Below are positions 59,349 to 64,000 of a stretch of DNA of 64,000 bases, in pieces; position 1 is the stretch's first letter, and every line of letters begins with the position of its first letter. The notes beneath the pieces were generated by a model that saw only the letters and a list, made by a program, of their open reading frames with translations, had not been told where the DNA came from and searched no databases. This DNA comes from Hyphococcus sp. (GTDB taxonomy: Bacteria; Pseudomonadota; Alphaproteobacteria; Caulobacterales; Parvularculaceae). The position numbers and the translations under genes are program-made. The stretch is taken from NCBI GenBank assembly GCA_021776415.1, contig JAJFFY010000011.1:73-64072 (forward strand). Reading direction: 5' to 3'.

Positions 59349-59484
59349 AAATTCGAACTCTGTTCGTTAAATTACTCAAAACTGGAAATAATGTTCAACG
59401 TTTTAGCATTAACTCGATAAAATATCAAACCTATACACAAAAAAGAGAATAGAATGCGCCTGAAACTGTCTTGAGGAGAAGATC

Positions 59485-60597
59485 ATGCAGGTAGGCGTAC
59501 CCAAGGAAATCAAAAACTCGGAATTTCGCGTCGGCCTGGTGCCGGGCAGCGTTCGCGAATATGTCGCCAATGGTCATGACGTTCTGGTCGAGACCGGCGC
59601 CGGCGCGGGCATTAAAGTCAGCGACAGTGATTATAAGGCCGTCGGCGCCAAGATCGCGCCCGACGCCAAGACAGTTTTTGCAACCAGCAACATGATCGTG
59701 AAGGTAAAAGAACCGCAGCCAGTCGAATGGGCGCAGCTGCGCGAGGGACAAATTCTTTATACCTATCTTCACCTGGCCCCGGATGCGGATCAGGCGCGCG
59801 GCTTGATCGAGTCTGGGGTGACGGCGGTTGCTTATGAAACCGTGACGGACGCTTTTGGCGGCCTGCCCTTGCTGGCGCCCATGAGCGAAGTTGCAGGCCG
59901 GCTATCAGTACAGGCCGGCGCTTATGCGCTGACCGCACATCAGGGCGGACGCGGGCTTCTTATGGGCGGCGTTCCTGGCGTTCTGCCCGCGAAAGTCGTG
60001 GTGATCGGCGGCGGCGTTGTCGGCACACATGCCGCGCGCATGGCCGTCGGGCTTGGCGCGGACGTGACCATTCTGGAGCGCAGCCATCGCCGGCTTACCG
60101 AGCTTGACGATCTCTTCGAGGGTCGCGCCAAGACGCGTTACTCAACATTTGAAGCGCTGGAAGAAGAAACCAAAGGCGCCGACGTCGTCGTTGGCGCGGT
60201 GTTAATCCCCGGCGCCAGCGCACCAAAGCTGGTGACCCGCGAGATGCTGAAAAGCATGAAAGAAGGCGCCGTCCTTGTCGATGTTGCAATTGACCAGGGC
60301 GGGTGTTTTGAAACCTCAAAGGCGACCACCCACGAAGATCCGACCTATGTGGTCGACGGGGTTTTGCATTATTGCGTCGCGAATATGCCGGGCGCAGTGC
60401 CGCTGACCTCATCTCACGCGCTGAACAACGCAACGCTGCAATATGGCTTGCGCCTCGCCAATAAGGGGCTCGACGCCATGAGGGACGACCCGCACTTACG
60501 CAATGGCCTCAATATTCACCGCGGAATGGTCACCTATAAGGCCGTCGCCGAGGCGCTGAATGTGCCGTTTACGGCAGCCGCCGACGCGCTCGCCTGA
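59485..60597 (+). CDS. ald: Alanine dehydrogenase
   Basis: [41 protein letters not shown] and VANMPG. Confidence 0.97.
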   Translation: MQVGVPKEIKNSEFRVGLVPGSVREYVANGHDVLVETGAGAGIKVSDSDYKAVGAKIAPDAKTVFATSNMIVKVKEPQPVEWAQLREGQILYTYLHLAPDADQARGLIESGVTAVAYETVTDAFGGLPLLAPMSEVAGRLSVQAGAYALTAHQGGRGLLMGGVPGVLPAKVVVIGGGVVGTHAARMAVGLGADVTILERSHRRLTELDDLFEGRAKTRYSTFEALEEETKGADVVVGAVLIPGASAPKLVTREMLKSMKEGAVLVDVAIDQGGCFETSKATTHEDPTYVVDGVLHYCVANMPGAVPLTSSHALNNATLQYGLRLANKGLDAMRDDPHLRNGLNIHRGMVTYKAVAEALNVPFTAAADALA

Positions 60598-60785
60598 TAG
60601 CTGACGCAAGCGGCCACGGCGGATTTTGTGCGCTGCAAGATTGTAAAATCTGCGTGAGCACCCATCTGAATGCCGAAAACGCCTTAATTGTTACGTCATG
60701 GTAAGAGTTTCAGGCCTATCGGAGAGAGGCCAAATGGTTGCTTTTGCACTGCAACCGCGTGCATAAAGGCTGGAGGAGATTGACT

Positions 60786-61121
60786 ATGATGAAATTTGTG
60801 ACCGCTGCAATCGCTGCTGGCGCGCTCTGCATTACCGGTGCGGCCGCTGGCCCACTGGGATCAATGACAGCGAGCCAGACTGCCGATGATGCTACGCCGC
60901 GCAAAGGCGCCGGCGTGCTCGCCTATTTCGTCGACCGGCTTTCTGTTTCCATCGCCACTGTCGCCGGATCGGTTGGATATTCCGCCGATAAGGCTGACGA
61001 CAAAGGCGCACATCCTTCACATGATGAATGTACCGCCGGCGATGATGCAGACGAGGCCGAAGACGCCAAATCAGAGAAATTCAAACAGGCTGGCCCGGAA
61101 CCAATTTATTTCGGCTTTTGA
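60786..61121 (+). CDS. Secreted hypothetical protein
   Basis: GGAGGA RBS; signal peptide; acidic linker; C-terminal GPEPIYFGF. Confidence 0.7.
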   Translation: MMKFVTAAIAAGALCITGAAAGPLGSMTASQTADDATPRKGAGVLAYFVDRLSVSIATVAGSVGYSADKADDKGAHPSHDECTAGDDADEAEDAKSEKFKQAGPEPIYFGF

Positions 61122-61149
61122 ACTTTAAAAATCCCCCCAAGAAATACTC

Positions 61150-61181
61150 ACACGCCGCAAAAATCTTGCGGCGTGTTTTTT
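61150..61181 (+). terminator. Rho-independent terminator
   Basis: ACACGCCGCAA-AAATC-TTGCGGCGTGT followed by TTTTT. Confidence 0.8.
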
Positions 61182-61911
61182 ATGGTGCGCCTCGCCGACG
61201 CCCAATGATGAATTGAAAATCGTTTGCGATCTGCCTTCTGCCCTTTTTCATCACCACCATAATCAGGCCGGTAAAAGAAAATATCAGGCCGCCGGCAGAG
61301 AATGCTTTGATCAGCGGATTATTGAAATCCTTTCGATCAACATAATCCATAATATGCAGCATCCAGAAGAAGTCGTAAAATCGCCAGATGTCGTTGCGGC
61401 GGGAAATGACGCGGCCGTTCTCTGGTGAGATATAAAGCCGCGTGTGGAGAGGGTCATCAAAATCAGCGCGCCATACCGGTTGTTTGCCGCGATATTCATG
61501 CGGCGCATCGCTCATCAGGGTTAGCCGCTCAATTTTGCCTTTACCGACATAATCGGCGTTGGCCACTTCACGCGCCGGTTCTTCTTCAAGCGGCGTAATG
61601 CGCTCACCGGTCGAGGCGTCAAACAATGCGCTCTCCCCTACAGCCTCGGCGGCATAAACCGGACGCCCAAGGAAATGTCGCAACGAAACCGTGGTCGCGC
61701 CGTCCATCTGCGCGATCACGCCGCCCGGCGAGGCATAGCCTTTGGCTTCCAGCTCCAGCGCCGGCGCGGAAAAAGCGCTGCGTTCGCCGCGCACGAGATC
61801 GAGATGAAACCAGCTCATAACGACGCCGCTCAACATCCATATCAACACCTGGACGCCGAGCAACAGCCCCGCCCAGAGATGAATTTTTTGGATAATCCGT
61901 GCAAAACTCAT
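61180..61911 (-). CDS. PepSY-associated TM-helix protein
   Basis: KIHLWAGL, W..SG..M, DASTGE and WRFYDFFWMLHIMDY. Confidence 0.85.
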   Translation of the reverse strand: MSFARIIQKIHLWAGLLLGVQVLIWMLSGVVMSWFHLDLVRGERSAFSAPALELEAKGYASPGGVIAQMDGATTVSLRHFLGRPVYAAEAVGESALFDASTGERITPLEEEPAREVANADYVGKGKIERLTLMSDAPHEYRGKQPVWRADFDDPLHTRLYISPENGRVISRRNDIWRFYDFFWMLHIMDYVDRKDFNNPLIKAFSAGGLIFSFTGLIMVVMKKGRRQIANDFQFIIGRRRGAP

Positions 61912-63278
61912 GGCGCGGCCATGATATCGGAAGCTGCGAGCGGCGTTGTCAGCAGCGTTTGAAACGCTGACCAGGTATCCACGCGCCCAACCGCTATACG
62001 ATTAATGTAATCCTCTACCAGGTCGCGTCCAAGATTGTAGTTAATGACATAGCCGCGATAGGTCTCGATAAATCGCACGCCTTGCTCGGCCCGCTCACGC
62101 GACTGAAGGCCGTAAGTCGTCAACATCGCGATCGCTTCATCGCGATCAATGTCGCCGTCAAGATAGGCGCGCGCGATATGATTGCGTGAATGGGACAGCT
62201 TGCGCCGAGACTTGTTCAACCGGTCCAGCTTTTCCGCATCCTCCGGGTTCAAGCCCGCCAGAGGAAACAGCACCTCGCGTTCAAAGGTGATTTTCTCATC
62301 GTGAGGGAAAGCCAGCTCGATACCATAATTGGCCGAACCTTCCGCGGTCACGGAAAGCGGCGAAAACAGGGGGTAGACAGAATATTCGATCCATCCGTTT
62401 TTATTCAAAAACTCGCGCTCAAGCATCACATTCCAGGTGTGGTGCCCCGGATAGCCCTCATGGCAACCGAGATCGACCGCGCGATCGATGATGATCGGAA
62501 AATCGGTATTGACCTGGATCAGGCTCTCGAAGTCGCCCTGATACCAGTTATAGCCACTCCAGGGTTTGTCGGTCACAAACTCAAGACGAAAGCGTTCATT
62601 GTCGGGCAGATCATAATGCGCCAGCGTCCGCTTGCGACATTCGGCGATGGCGGCGTTGAACACCGGCAACAGTTTGTCTTCGGCAATGGCAAGCGAGTTG
62701 CGGAACGCATCAACGCGCTCGTGCAGCGGCGCATCTCCGGGCAGCAGCGCGTCGATTTCCTCAAGCACCGCATCAAATTCGTCGACATCATATTGCGGCG
62801 CGACGGCGTCATATAAGAGCCGCGTTTCCTCATTGAATGGATAAAACTGTCCTAGCGCAATCTCAATACGCGCGACGCTGGCGCGAACCAATTTCTCGAG
62901 CATGGCGCCGCGCAAACTCGGCGCATCAGCGTTGGCGCGGGAGACTTTGATTAACAACGCCTGCGCGTCGGCGGCGACCTCATCAAGGGGTCGAGCTTCG
63001 CTGGCGGCTGCCTGCGCCCACTCATCAGGGCCGTGATAGGCATCAACAAAGGCCGGATCGTGAACACCGATTGCCAGCGAGAGTTTTACAAACGCTTCCG
63101 CCAGATCATCAAGGGCGACAGATGCGCCTTTGGTTTCAACGGCGCTGTCCGCCGCCTCACCTGCTGGCGAAGCCGCAGAATTGTCTAAATCTGGATTTTC
63201 AGCTGAAGGCGCAACATCAGTTTCGCCGCCGCAGGCCGCGAGCAGAAAACAGGCGAAAGCGGCGGCGAAATATTTCAT
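61908..63278 (-). CDS. Lipoprotein, DUF885-like putative zincin
   Basis: Lipobox LAAC; HEGYPGHH followed by downstream AEG. Confidence 0.75.
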   Translation of the reverse strand: MKYFAAAFACFLLAACGGETDVAPSAENPDLDNSAASPAGEAADSAVETKGASVALDDLAEAFVKLSLAIGVHDPAFVDAYHGPDEWAQAAASEARPLDEVAADAQALLIKVSRANADAPSLRGAMLEKLVRASVARIEIALGQFYPFNEETRLLYDAVAPQYDVDEFDAVLEEIDALLPGDAPLHERVDAFRNSLAIAEDKLLPVFNAAIAECRKRTLAHYDLPDNERFRLEFVTDKPWSGYNWYQGDFESLIQVNTDFPIIIDRAVDLGCHEGYPGHHTWNVMLEREFLNKNGWIEYSVYPLFSPLSVTAEGSANYGIELAFPHDEKITFEREVLFPLAGLNPEDAEKLDRLNKSRRKLSHSRNHIARAYLDGDIDRDEAIAMLTTYGLQSRERAEQGVRFIETYRGYVINYNLGRDLVEDYINRIAVGRVDTWSAFQTLLTTPLAASDIMAAP

Positions 63279-63287
63279 CTTAAACGC

Positions 63288-63584
63288 TTATGCCGGCGTG
63301 CCGGAAAAAGTCGACGAGCCGAATGCGCCAAGCTTGACGCTTCCCGCAAGATTGCCGTCTTCGATTTTGCCTTCAAATTCGAGCGTGATCGGCATTGGCG
63401 AGGTCACTTTGGCGTGCCATTTCAAAACGTCGCCTTCAACAGCGCCATTCTCGATCGGCGCGGCGCCCTGCGGTCCTGACATATCGCCAGCCAGCGCGTC
63501 GCCTTCCTGCTTGAGGGTTAAAACACCGGTCTGGTCGCCCATGGGTGTTTTGATCGTAAGGTTCCATTTGCCGTCGACTGCCAT
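63288..63584 (-). CDS. Small beta-rich hypothetical protein
   Basis: DGKW...TPMG...TSPMP pattern; AGGAG RBS. Confidence 0.75.
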   Translation of the reverse strand: MAVDGKWNLTIKTPMGDQTGVLTLKQEGDALAGDMSGPQGAAPIENGAVEGDVLKWHAKVTSPMPITLEFEGKIEDGNLAGSVKLGAFGSSTFSGTPA

Positions 63585-63758
63585 CAGTTTCTCCTGTTCG
63601 GTCCCGCTTAAGGGACGGCTGATAAAATTCCGGGCAGACATTAGCGATTGCGGGCCTTGGCGCAAGGGTGGGATGCAGATGCGTTGTGAACGCACAGGCC
63701 TATCCAAACCGCTGATATAGCAGCCTTAAAATCATCACAAACGGAACCGCGTGCGGCG

Positions 63759-63998
63759 CTAATGATTGTTGCGCCGCCAGACCTCCATCGCCTGCGAGAT
63801 GGTGAAGGTCTCTCGATATTTTGGCGAATCCGAAGGACGCGGCGGACGGTCCGCCGCCAGCGACATGATTTCGGCAAGCTTGTTATGCGCCGCGCCCGAC
63901 TGACCGGCGCCAATATAGGCGTGAAGCTCGACCAGAGAATCCGACAAAGGATCATCCGCGCGAATAACGAAATAAGGCTCGTCCTCGCCGAGGTCGCT
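63759..63998 (-). CDS. Partial hypothetical protein (5' end outside the window)
   Basis: Frame is open to the window edge: SDLGEDEPYFVIRADDPLS...SQAMEVWRRNNH. Confidence 0.65.
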   Translation of the reverse strand, partial: SDLGEDEPYFVIRADDPLSDSLVELHAYIGAGQSGAAHNKLAEIMSLAADRPPRPSDSPKYRETFTISQAMEVWRRNNH

Positions 63999-64000
63999 AT

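Noticed and set aside
59349-59484. AT-rich palindromes between the Lrp gene and ald
   Set aside because: Expected AldR/Lrp-type control region; individual sites cannot be called confidently and are not novel

Overview
A 64-kb stretch of a GC-rich alphaproteobacterial chromosome. Gene order and protein style suggest a Caulobacterales/Parvularculaceae-like marine lineage; this is an inference. Most of it is core housekeeping: ndk, erpA, tRNA-Leu(TAA), sdaA, sfsA-map-radC, folE, prpD/prpB/prpC, cysD-cysNC, dusB-ntrY-ntrX-trkA-trkH-dat-hfq-hflX, ispDF-cinA, lipA-ratA and Lrp-ald. Lower-GC accessory genes, many encoding lipoproteins, are scattered between them. I found no CRISPR array, integrase, transposase or prophage. 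Best leads: (1) a translationally coupled pair of a sensor-less histidine kinase with a degenerate N-box and a HerA-like ATPase with an altered Walker B, preceded by two CtrA-type boxes; (2) a CysD fused in frame to an N-terminal Cro-like HTH, preceded by operator-like TGGGA-N4-TCCCA palindromes; (3) absence of ntrB-ntrC from the dusB-ntrYX operon, with a repeat-rich spacer in their place; (4) a methylcitrate operon interleaved with 8 unrelated genes, including an unannotated 54-aa glycine-zipper peptide; (5) a GANTC-dense intergenic region beside an orphan Phd antitoxin; (6) a MITE-like element and a REP element. All family calls come from recognising motifs by eye, not from database searches.
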